NCBI GenBank assembly: GCA_964526945.1
Contig: CAZGNA010000002.1
Location: 1-52,149 of the forward strand
From: an uncultured bacterium
GTDB taxonomy: Bacteria; Sysuimicrobiota; Sysuimicrobiia; Sysuimicrobiales; Humicultoraceae
Direction: 5' to 3'
Length of the DNA: 52,149 nt
Numbering within the stretch: the stretch's first letter is position 1; every line of letters begins with the position of its first letter. Both the position numbers and the translations under genes were made by a program. The notes below the pieces were generated by a model. It did not search any database, was not told where the DNA came from, and saw nothing but the letters and a program-made list of their open reading frames with translations. Shown one piece after another: positions 10,163-18,425 of this stretch.

Positions 10163-11659
10163 ATGCTGGAGGTGCTGGCGGTACCGCAGGGGCGCAACTA
10201 CATCGCCGGCCAGTGGGTCGACCCGGTCGGCGAGCGCATGCTGACCTCCGTGAATCCCGCCACGGGCGAGGTGCTGGGGGTGGCGCCCGACTCGACCGTT
10301 GCTGACGTGGACCGCGCGGTCGAGGCGGCCGCCGACGCCTGGCCGCGGTGGCGCGCGACCCCGGCGCCGCGCCGGGCCGAGATCCTCTTCCGGGCGGCCG
10401 AGCTGCTGGTGCGGCACAAGGAGGAGCTCGCGCGGCTGGCCACCCGCGAGATGGGCAAGATCCTGACCGAGACGCGCGGCGACGTGCAGGAAGCCATCGA
10501 CATGACCTACTTCATCGCCGGCGAGGGGCGGCGCCTGCACGGCTACACCACGCCCAGCGAGATGCCGCGCAAGGCCGCGTACTGCGTCCGCCAGCCGCTG
10601 GGCGTCGTGGGCGTGATCACGCCGTGGAACTTCCCGGTGGCGATCCCGTCGTGGAAGATCGTCCCCGCGCTGGTCTGTGGCAACACGGTGGTGTTCAAGC
10701 CGGCACCCGAGACCCCGTTGACGGCCGCAGCCTTCGTCGCGCTGCTGACAGAGGCCGGCCTGCCTCCAGGCGTCCTCAACCTGGTCACCGGGGGCGACGA
10801 GACCGGCGCGGCGCTGGTGGACCACCCGGGCATCGCCCTGATCTCCTTCACCGGCTCCACCGAGGTAGGGCTGCAGGTGGCGGCCCGCTGCCAGGCGCGC
10901 GGCGTGCGGGTCTCGCTGGAGATGGGCGGCAAGAACGCGGCGATCGTCCTCGACGACGCCGATCTCGAGCTGGCGGCCGACGCCCTGACCTGGAGCGCGT
11001 TCGGCACCACCGGCCAGCGGTGCACGGCCTGCAGCCGGATCGTCGTGACGCCGCGGGCGCACCGCGAGGTCGTCGAGCGCCTGGCGGATCGGGCCCGGCG
11101 CCTGCGCCTGGGCGATGGGCTGGACCCCCAGACCGACATGGGGCCCCTGGTGAGCGCCCGGCAGCGCGAGCGCGTGGAGACCTACGTGGAGATCGGGCGG
11201 CGCGAGGGGGCGACCGTCGTGCTGGGGGGCGAGCGGCCACACCTGCCCGGCCTGGAGCGGGGGTTCTTCTACGCGCCGACGATCCTGGACGATGTGGCCC
11301 CCGGCATGCGGGTCGCCCAGGAGGAGATCTTCGGCCCGGTGGTGGGCGTCATCGACGCCGCCAGCCTGGACGAGGCCATCGAGATCGTCAACGGCGTGCG
11401 CTACGGCCTGTCGGCGTCGATCTTCACCCGCGACGTCTTCGCCGCGATGCGCGCGGTGGAGGAGATCCGCACCGGCATCGTCTACGTCAACCACGGCACG
11501 ACGGGCGCCGAGGTGCACCTGCCCTTCGGCGGCACCCGGGCCACCGGCAACGGCCACCGGGAGGGCGGCCTGCAGGTGCTCGATGTGTTCACCGAGTGGA
11601 AGAGCGTGTACATCGACTACAGCGGCCGCCTGCAGCGCGCGCAGATCGACCGCGACTAG
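10163..11659 (+). CDS. NAD(P)-dependent aldehyde dehydrogenase family protein
   Basis: Motifs 'ITPWNFP', 'VVFKPAPETP', 'LEMGGKNA', catalytic-Cys block 'GQRCTACSR' and 'EEIFGPV'. AGGAGGGG RBS. Confidence 0.9.
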   Translation: MLEVLAVPQGRNYIAGQWVDPVGERMLTSVNPATGEVLGVAPDSTVADVDRAVEAAADAWPRWRATPAPRRAEILFRAAELLVRHKEELARLATREMGKILTETRGDVQEAIDMTYFIAGEGRRLHGYTTPSEMPRKAAYCVRQPLGVVGVITPWNFPVAIPSWKIVPALVCGNTVVFKPAPETPLTAAAFVALLTEAGLPPGVLNLVTGGDETGAALVDHPGIALISFTGSTEVGLQVAARCQARGVRVSLEMGGKNAAIVLDDADLELAADALTWSAFGTTGQRCTACSRIVVTPRAHREVVERLADRARRLRLGDGLDPQTDMGPLVSARQRERVETYVEIGRREGATVVLGGERPHLPGLERGFFYAPTILDDVAPGMRVAQEEIFGPVVGVIDAASLDEAIEIVNGVRYGLSASIFTRDVFAAMRAVEEIRTGIVYVNHGTTGAEVHLPFGGTRATGNGHREGGLQVLDVFTEWKSVYIDYSGRLQRAQIDRD

Positions 11660-12547
11660 GTGCGCGTCCTGATCGTGCAGTGGTGGCGGGCATGGTGGGA
11701 GCGTGCGCAGGGACGCCCGCGGGCGCGGCTGGTGCGCGGTGTGGCGACCGGTGTCGCGGTCCTGCTGGCCTGCGCCGGCGTCGCGTCCCCGCCGGGGACG
11801 CCTCGTGTGCACGCAGCGCCGGCGCCCGCCGTGCAGCTTGCGGCGGGCGAGATCACCCTCGACGCCGCCACCGGGGAAGGGGAGGCTGCAGGGGGCGTGC
11901 GCCTCACCGACGGTCGCACCACCGCGGTGGCCGCGCGGGCGCGGCTCGCCCGCCGCACCGGCCTCGCGGTGCTGAGCGGCGGGGCGCGGGTGGTGGCGCC
12001 CCAGGGCACGCTGGTCGCCCGGGAGATCACGGTGGCCTTCACGCGCCAGACGATCACCCGGATCGTGGCCCGCGGCGACGCCACCCTGGACGCCCAGGAC
12101 CTGCGGCTCCAGGCGCCCGGGATCACCATCGTCCCGGCGCGCGAGGAGGTGACGGCGGACGGCGGTGTCGCGCTGGTCGTCGGGCCCGACGTCACCGCCA
12201 CCGGGCAGCGCTTCGTCTATCGGCGCACCGCGGGCGAGATGGTCCTGGAGGGGGACGCCCGGGTGGTCACCCGCGACGGCAGCGTCAGTGGCACGCGGAT
12301 CGAGGCGGACCGCCGGGTGCGCCGCGCGCGCGTCAGGGGTCCGGTGCGCGCGGTCTGGGGTCAGCTCGCGGTCGAGAGCCAGACGGCCCTGCTCGATCAC
12401 CAGGCGCAGGTGGCGGTCTTCACCGGTCAGGTGCGCGCGGCTGACCCCCACCGCCGGCTGACGACCGAGCGGCTCGTCGTCTGGTACACGCACCGTCGCC
12501 TGCTGGCCGAAGGGCCCACCCACATCGTGGTGGAGCCCGCCCCCTGA
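11660..12547 (+). CDS. OstA/LptA-like periplasmic beta-jellyroll protein (LPS-transport bridge-like)
   Basis: GTG start directly abuts the upstream TAG. There is a signal/anchor-like 'VATGVAVLLACAGVASP'. It is followed by repeated 'A..I.....G...A.G.V....' strand patterns typical of OstA_N domains. Confidence 0.5.
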   Translation: MRVLIVQWWRAWWERAQGRPRARLVRGVATGVAVLLACAGVASPPGTPRVHAAPAPAVQLAAGEITLDAATGEGEAAGGVRLTDGRTTAVAARARLARRTGLAVLSGGARVVAPQGTLVAREITVAFTRQTITRIVARGDATLDAQDLRLQAPGITIVPAREEVTADGGVALVVGPDVTATGQRFVYRRTAGEMVLEGDARVVTRDGSVSGTRIEADRRVRRARVRGPVRAVWGQLAVESQTALLDHQAQVAVFTGQVRAADPHRRLTTERLVVWYTHRRLLAEGPTHIVVEPAP

Positions 12548-12583
12548 CCGGCGGCACGAGACGGTGAGGAGGAGGCGACCGAG

Positions 12584-13492
12584 ATGGTGATCGAGCGCGT
12601 GCGGCGTCCCGTGCTGGACGAGCTGCCGCTGGCGCAGGGCAAGCGCGCGCGGCTGTACCGGCTCCTGTACGCCCACGGGCCGGGCCGCGGCACGATGCTG
12701 GTGCTGCCCGTGGACCAGGGACTGGAGCACGGCCCGGGCGACTTCCTGCCCAACCCGCCCAGCGAGCGCCCCGAGTTCCAGATCCGGCTCGCGCTGGAGG
12801 GTGGCTACTCGGCGATCGTCTTCCACTACGGCATCGCGGCCCGCGCCCTGGCGCCGTTCGCCGGCCGCATCCCGCTCATCCTGAAACTCAACGGGAAGAC
12901 CAACATCCCGCCGGAGGACCGGCCGCTGTCGGGGCTGACCGGCAGCGTGGAGGACGCGGTGCGGCTGGGCGCCGACGCGGTGGGCTACACGCTGTACGTG
13001 GGCTCGCCGCGCCAGGACGAGGACATCGCCCAGCTGACCCGCGTGCGGCAGGCGTGCGACCGCTACGGGATGCCGCTGGTGGTGTGGGCCTATCCGCGGG
13101 GCGAGGCGATCGAGCGCAAGGGCGGCCGCGACAGCCTCTACGCCGTGGACTACGCGGCGCGGGTGGCGGTGGAGCTGGGCGCCGACGTGGTCAAGCTGAA
13201 CCCGCCGGTCCTGGAGCCCCGGCGCGAGGGCCTGCCCAAGGCCTACGCCGAGCTGAGCCTGGATCCCCGGGCCGCGGTGGAGAAGGTGGTGCGCACTGCG
13301 GGGACCGCGTTCGTGCTGTTCTCGGGCGGCCAGCGCCTCGACGACGCCGACCTGCTGGCCCGCGCGCGGCTGGTCATGGAGGCCGGCGCCACCGGCCTGA
13401 TCTTCGGCCGCAACCTGTGGCAGCGCCCCCTGGCCGAGGCGCTGCGCCTGACCGCACAGATCCGCGAGATCATGCTGGCGACCGCCCAGTGA
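12584..13492 (+). CDS. class I aldolase of the DhnA/FbaB (DeoC/LacD) family
   Basis: GAGGAGGAGG RBS. Motifs 'LPVDQGLEHGP', 'IPLILKLNGKTN', 'GADAVGYTLYVGS' and 'ADVVKLN' resemble FbaB-type fructose-bisphosphate aldolase and ADH-synthase relatives. Confidence 0.75.
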   Translation: MVIERVRRPVLDELPLAQGKRARLYRLLYAHGPGRGTMLVLPVDQGLEHGPGDFLPNPPSERPEFQIRLALEGGYSAIVFHYGIAARALAPFAGRIPLILKLNGKTNIPPEDRPLSGLTGSVEDAVRLGADAVGYTLYVGSPRQDEDIAQLTRVRQACDRYGMPLVVWAYPRGEAIERKGGRDSLYAVDYAARVAVELGADVVKLNPPVLEPRREGLPKAYAELSLDPRAAVEKVVRTAGTAFVLFSGGQRLDDADLLARARLVMEAGATGLIFGRNLWQRPLAEALRLTAQIREIMLATAQ

Positions 13493-14625
13493 CGGCCTCG
13501 GGTTCCCCACACACCGCGACGAGAGGTGGGCCGCCGCCCTGGCTGGCGCCCCTGCAGGCGCTGGTCACCAACCCGCTCCCCGCGCCCCGGGCCCCGGGCC
13601 TGGCGGGCCTGATCGGCGACCACCCCTCGACGTACGCCCGCAGCCCGCGCATGTGGATGCGGGCGTTTGCGCTGCTGGGCATCGACGCGGTCTACCTGCC
13701 GCTGGACGTGCCGGCGCAGGCGCTGGCGGCCGTCCTCGACCTCGTGCGGCGCACCGACGGCGCCCTGGGCGTCAACGTCACGGTGCCCTACAAGGAAACG
13801 GTGATCCCCCTGCTGGACGCGCTCGATCCCCAGGCTGCTCGCATCGGCGCCGTGAACACCATCACGCGCACCCGTGACGGCCGGTTGCTGGGCGCCAACA
13901 CCGATGCTGCCGGCCTGCTGGAAGCCCTGCTGCACCCCGGCGATGGGCCACCGCTCGTCGACCGGCTGGAGGGGTGCACCGTGTTGCTGATCGGCGCGGG
14001 CGGCGCCGCGCGCGCGGCGGCATTTGCGCTCGCCCCGCACCTGCGCGGCGGGCGGCTGCTGATCACCAACCGCGACATGGCGCGGGCCGACGCGCTGGCC
14101 GCAGCGGTGCGCGCGGCCGGCGGCACGGCCGAGGCCGTCGACGACGCCGCCCTCGACCACGTGCTCCCGGGGGTGCAGCTGGTGATCAACGCGTCGGTGC
14201 GGGGCCAGGCCGGCATCGTGCCCCGGGCCGGCGGGTGGACGCTCCTGGAGCCCTACTCGGCCCTGGCGCCCGCCTCGCCCCCGGTGCTGCCGGCAGGGGA
14301 CGCGACCACGTTCGCGGCGGCGTTCCTGGCGCAGGCGGCCGCCGACATCGCGGCGAACCACGAACGCTCGCAGGCGCGCATGCGGCTGCTGCCGCCCGGC
14401 GCGGTCGTCTACGACATGATCTACGCGCCGCAGGAGACCACCACGATGCGTCACGCCCGCGCAGCCGGGTTGCGCACCGCCGGCGGCCGGTGGATGAACA
14501 TCGCGCAGGCGGTCTGCGCCTGCCTCGATCACGTCTGTCGGGAGGCGCTGGCGGCCCGGGGCATCGCGCCGGCGGCCGTCCGCCCGGCCGTCGCCGCCGC
14601 CATGGCCGACGCCTGGGGAGCGTGA
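13489..14625 (+). CDS. aroE: shikimate dehydrogenase-like protein (AroE family) with ~40-aa N-terminal extension
   Basis: Tail of ORF 13054..14625. Motifs: 'GLIGDHPSTYARSPRMW', 'NVTVPYKE', 'AVNTI', 'GANTDAAG', 'IGAGGAARAAAFAL'. GTG 13489 overlaps the aldolase stop (GTGA). The start is uncertain. Confidence 0.7.
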   Translation: MTASGSPHTATRGGPPPWLAPLQALVTNPLPAPRAPGLAGLIGDHPSTYARSPRMWMRAFALLGIDAVYLPLDVPAQALAAVLDLVRRTDGALGVNVTVPYKETVIPLLDALDPQAARIGAVNTITRTRDGRLLGANTDAAGLLEALLHPGDGPPLVDRLEGCTVLLIGAGGAARAAAFALAPHLRGGRLLITNRDMARADALAAAVRAAGGTAEAVDDAALDHVLPGVQLVINASVRGQAGIVPRAGGWTLLEPYSALAPASPPVLPAGDATTFAAAFLAQAAADIAANHERSQARMRLLPPGAVVYDMIYAPQETTTMRHARAAGLRTAGGRWMNIAQAVCACLDHVCREALAARGIAPAAVRPAVAAAMADAWGA

Positions 14626-14629
14626 GCCG

Positions 14630-15673
14630 ATGCGCGCCGTGCGCATGCATCAGCACGGAGGGCCGGAGGTCCTGGTCTACGAGGACGCCCCCGACCCGCG
14701 CCCGGGCCCCCTGGAGGTGCGCGTGCGGGTGCGGGCCGTGGCCCTGAACCACATCGACCTCTGGGTGCGGCGCGGGCTGCCGCGCCTGCGCCTGCAGTTC
14801 CCCCACATCCTCGGCGCCGACATCGCCGGCGTGGTGGACGCCGTCGGCGAGGGCGTCGAGGGCGTCGCGGTCGGCGATGCGGTGGTGCTCGCGCCCGGGG
14901 TCTCCTGCGGGCAGTGCCGGTGGTGCATCGCCGGCGACGACACGCTGTGTCCGCAGTTCTCGATCTTCGGCGAGCACATCCCCGGCGGCTACGCCGAGTT
15001 CGTGGTGGCCCCACGGGTGAACGTCCTGCCCAAGCCCGCCCGCCTCGACTTCGCCCGCGCGGCGGCCGTCCCGCTGGTCTTCCTCACCGCCTGGAACATG
15101 CTGGTGACCCACGCGCGGCTGCGCAGCGGGGAGACCGTGTTGATCTGGGGTGCCGGCAGCGGCGTGGGGAGCGCGGCGATCCAGATCGCCCGCCTGCACC
15201 ATGCGCGCGTCATCGCCACGGCCGGCGCCGACTGGAAGCTGGAGCGGGCGCGCGCCCTGGGCGCCGAGGCGGTCATCAACCACACCACCGAGAACGTCTA
15301 CGACGCGGTGCGGCGGCTGACCGACCGCCGCGGCGTGGACGTGGTGTTCGACCACGTGGGCGCCGCCAGCTGGGACGTCAGCCTCCGTGTCCTCGCCCGC
15401 GGTGGCCGGCTGGTGACCTGCGGGGCCACCACGGGCGCCCAGGCGCCCACCGACATCCGGTACATCTTCGGCCGCCAGCTCAGCATCTTCGGTACCTGGG
15501 TGGGTGCCAAGCGCGAGCTCCTCGACGTCATGGCCCACGTCGAGGCGGGACGCCTGGAGCCGGTGGTGCACGCGGTGCTGCCGCTGCGCGAGGCCCGCGC
15601 CGCCCACGAGATGCTGGAGCGGCGCGAGCAGTTCGGCAAGGTCGTGCTGGTGGTGGCGGAGGAGGGCGCCTGA
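14630..15673 (+). CDS. zinc-type alcohol dehydrogenase / quinone oxidoreductase (MDR superfamily)
   Basis: 347-aa ORF with 'GADIAGVV', a structural-zinc-like 'CGQCRWCIAGDDTLC' and the Rossmann motif 'GAGSGVGSAAIQIA'. Confidence 0.85.
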   Translation: MRAVRMHQHGGPEVLVYEDAPDPRPGPLEVRVRVRAVALNHIDLWVRRGLPRLRLQFPHILGADIAGVVDAVGEGVEGVAVGDAVVLAPGVSCGQCRWCIAGDDTLCPQFSIFGEHIPGGYAEFVVAPRVNVLPKPARLDFARAAAVPLVFLTAWNMLVTHARLRSGETVLIWGAGSGVGSAAIQIARLHHARVIATAGADWKLERARALGAEAVINHTTENVYDAVRRLTDRRGVDVVFDHVGAASWDVSLRVLARGGRLVTCGATTGAQAPTDIRYIFGRQLSIFGTWVGAKRELLDVMAHVEAGRLEPVVHAVLPLREARAAHEMLERREQFGKVVLVVAEEGA

Positions 15674-15743
15674 GGACGCGCCGCCCGATCCCGCCACAGC
15701 GGGAGGCGGTGCGGGCGTGTCGTAGGGAGGTGGGCGCGCCCAG

Positions 15744-16505
15744 CTAAAGCGAGGGGTCGTGAGGCGCGCCCGGAGCCGGAGGGGGTGGCGCTTGGTCCTC
15801 CTGGCCGATCCACTGCGCGCCGGTGGCCCAGACCTCTTTCTTCCAGATGGGCACCGTCTGCTTGAGGGTGTCGATGGCGAACCGACCGGCCTCGAACGCC
15901 TCACGGCGGTGGGGCGCAGCCGCCGCGATCGCGACGCTGATCTCGCCGACGGCCAGCGTGCCGACGCGGTGCACCATCGCCACGCGGGCGCCAAAGCGCC
16001 TGGCGGCTTCGACGGCGATCCGCTGCATCTCGGCGCGGGCCAGCGTCTCGTACGCTTCGTACTCGAGCCGCTGGACCTGCCGGCCACGCGAGTGCTCGCG
16101 GACCGTGCCCAGGAAGAGGACCACGGCGCCGGCATCGCGGTGCGACACCACCTCCAGGAGCGGGTCGAGGCGGATCGGGGTGGCGACGAGGTCGACGTGG
16201 ACCACGGCCGCCAGTGCCGCGTCGCTGTCGGCAGATGGAGACCGGGCGGGCGGCTCGTCGGCGCCACCGCTCACCGGTGCCAGCAGCGCCACCTGATCGC
16301 CGGCGGCCAGCGGGTGCTCCGGCGGCTGCACGACGTCGTTGACGGCGACGGCGGCGGGTGTCGGCAGCCCGTCGAGCCCGGGATGGGCCTGCCGCAACAG
16401 CGTCCACACGTCGCCGGCGGTGGCGCCGTCGGGCACCTCGAGCACGAGCGCCGGCGTGCCGACGGCCTCGCGGTAGGCGGCGAAGAGACGGACGGTGATC
16501 CGCAT
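15744..16505 (-). CDS. fused MoaD-MoaE molybdopterin synthase (small + large subunit in one chain)
   Basis: Tail of ORF 15744..16817 from MRITVRLFAAYRE. The MoaD/ThiS-like half ends 'LLAPVSGG', then a linker. The MoaE-like half has 'FLGTVREHSRG', 'LEYEAY' and 'PIWKKE'. Confidence 0.8.
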   Translation of the reverse strand: MRITVRLFAAYREAVGTPALVLEVPDGATAGDVWTLLRQAHPGLDGLPTPAAVAVNDVVQPPEHPLAAGDQVALLAPVSGGADEPPARSPSADSDAALAAVVHVDLVATPIRLDPLLEVVSHRDAGAVVLFLGTVREHSRGRQVQRLEYEAYETLARAEMQRIAVEAARRFGARVAMVHRVGTLAVGEISVAIAAAAPHRREAFEAGRFAIDTLKQTVPIWKKEVWATGAQWIGQEDQAPPPPAPGAPHDPSL

Positions 16506-16569
16506 GGACGGGATGGTGTTTCGGGCGCATCGTAGCACGGGCACCTGGCCCTGTAAAGGAACGACGGGC

Positions 16570-17448
16570 GTGCGCCGCCGAGGCGCCGGCACGCCACGCA
16601 GGCGCCCCGGGATAGGGCTCCGGACCGTCGGGCTGCGCTGCGGGGTCGCAGCGGTGGTCGTCGCGCTGGTCTGTCTGGCCTGGCCGGTGCGGCCGGCGCA
16701 GGCCGCGCTGATCAGCGAAGCCCAGGAAGTCCGGATCGGGCGCCAGGCAGCGGCCGAGCTCGAGCAGCAGTATCCCCCAAGCCCCGATACCGCGCTGCGC
16801 GCCCGCGTCACCGCCATCGGGGAACGGATCGCCGCGCGCTCGGCGCGGCCCGGCCTGCCCTACACGTTCAAGGTACTGCGGGTCCGCGAGGTGAACGCCA
16901 TCTCGCTCCCCGGCGGCTTCATCTACGCCACCGAGGGCCTGGTGCGGTTCGTGGAGTCCGACGACGAGCTGGCCTTCGTGCTGGGCCACGAGATCGGACA
17001 CGTAGCGGCGCGTCACCACGTCCAGCTGCTGGAGCGGCATTTCTTCCTGGCGCTGGTGGCCCAGCTATTGTTCGGCGGCGACCCCAGCGCGGCCCAGGTG
17101 GCCGCCATCGTGCGCTTCTTCGTGCAGCGGGGGTTCTCGCGCGAGTTCGAGTTCGAGGCCGACCGCCTGGCCGTCGCCTACACCCACCGCGCCGGATTCG
17201 ACGCATCGGCGGGCCTTGCGTTCATGCGCCGGCTCCGGGCCGCCGAGGGCCGCGACCCCAGCCAGTTCGAGGTGTTGTTCCGCACGCACCCCGGCCTGAC
17301 CGACCGCATCGAGCGCGTGCGGCGGGAGCTACGCCAGCTCGGCTACGAGGTGGGAGCCGACCGGCGCCTGCGCCGGAGCCTGAGCCGGCCGCCCGCAGAC
17401 CGCCCGGGGACACCCCGCGCGTGGGTGGGGGACCGGGCGGCCGCGTGA
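16570..17448 (+). CDS. M48-family zinc metalloprotease (secreted or periplasmic)
   Basis: 'HEIGHVAARHH' HExxH motif and 'EFEADRLA'. GTG 16570 has AAAGGA 9 nt upstream and gives a signal-like N-terminus. The ORF is open from 16495, and ATG 16504/16513 are alternatives. Confidence 0.75.
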   Translation: MRRRGAGTPRRRPGIGLRTVGLRCGVAAVVVALVCLAWPVRPAQAALISEAQEVRIGRQAAAELEQQYPPSPDTALRARVTAIGERIAARSARPGLPYTFKVLRVREVNAISLPGGFIYATEGLVRFVESDDELAFVLGHEIGHVAARHHVQLLERHFFLALVAQLLFGGDPSAAQVAAIVRFFVQRGFSREFEFEADRLAVAYTHRAGFDASAGLAFMRRLRAAEGRDPSQFEVLFRTHPGLTDRIERVRRELRQLGYEVGADRRLRRSLSRPPADRPGTPRAWVGDRAAA

Positions 17449-18353
17449 TCCGGATCGCCGACCCCTATGCGGGTCCCGGGCAGTGGTGTCGTGCCCAGCT
17501 CCACTGCCACACCCACCGCTCCGACGGCCGTCGCTCGCCAGCGGACCTGGCGCGGCGCTACCGCGATGCGGGCTACACCTTCGTCGTCTTCACCGATCAC
17601 GACCGCATCACGCGCTGCGACGACCTCAACGACACCACGTTCCTGGCGCTGCCGGGCGTGGAGGAGACCGTCACGTGGGGCATGCGACCCCTGGGACCGC
17701 ACCTGGGCCGGCTCCTCGTCGAGGACGTGATCGGCGCCGGCCCGCCGGAGGAACGCATCCGGCACACGCTGGCCTGTGGCGGGGTGCCCAGTCTGCACCA
17801 TCCCTCGTGGACGGGCAACTTCTGGACCGGTGCCTGGACGGCGCAGGTGCTGGCGCGATTGCCGACGCCCTTCCTCGTGGAGATCTGGAACCCGCACTCC
17901 CACCCCGAGGAAGACCTCCGGCGCTGGCTGTACGCCGTGCGCGCGCACGGGCCAGGCGTCATCGTGGCCGCCAGCGCGGGCGACGACTGCCACGTCGACG
18001 CGCAGTTCGACCGCGCCTGGGTGGTGGTCAAGGTGGATGCGGTGACCCCGGCCGCCCTGCGCCGGGCGCTGCTGGGTGGGGCGTGCTACGCCTCCACCGG
18101 GGTGACCGCGACGTTCGGCGTCGAGGGCCCCGCGATCGTCGCCCGCGCAGAGGCCGACGAGGTGCTCGTGTTCGATGCCGCCGGGCGGCTCCGCCGCCGC
18201 CTGGGCTCAGGCGGCGGCACGTACCTGCCCGAGGGCGACGAGGGGTTCGTGCGGCTGGAGTGCCGCGCCGGCGTGCGCCGGGCCTGGAGCCAGGTGTTCT
18301 GGATCACCTCCGCGGAGGGAGGGGCTGACCGTGCAGCACCGCCAGTGAGCTAG
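17445..18353 (+). CDS. PHP-domain metal-dependent phosphoesterase-like protein
   Basis: 'HCHTHRSDG' and 'VVFTDHD' motifs. GTG 17445 overlaps the upstream stop (GTGA). The ORF is open from 17421. Confidence 0.65.
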   Translation: MIRIADPYAGPGQWCRAQLHCHTHRSDGRRSPADLARRYRDAGYTFVVFTDHDRITRCDDLNDTTFLALPGVEETVTWGMRPLGPHLGRLLVEDVIGAGPPEERIRHTLACGGVPSLHHPSWTGNFWTGAWTAQVLARLPTPFLVEIWNPHSHPEEDLRRWLYAVRAHGPGVIVAASAGDDCHVDAQFDRAWVVVKVDAVTPAALRRALLGGACYASTGVTATFGVEGPAIVARAEADEVLVFDAAGRLRRRLGSGGGTYLPEGDEGFVRLECRAGVRRAWSQVFWITSAEGGADRAAPPVS

Positions 18354-18425
18354 CCGGCCTCGACCCTGGAGGGCGGCGCCGCGCGGTGTGCCTCCCCGGG
18401 CGTCCCCTCGGGGAGGGGAGGCGTC

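Noticed and set aside
9485-13510. 1341-aa minus-strand ORF, together with similar giant ORFs at 14186..16267(-), 18207..20054(-), 5190..7028(-) and 394..1866(+)
   Set aside because: They run antisense to genes with clear family motifs. They are extremely R/G/P/A/H-rich with no recognisable domains. Long stop-free antisense frames are expected in DNA with 70% or more GC.
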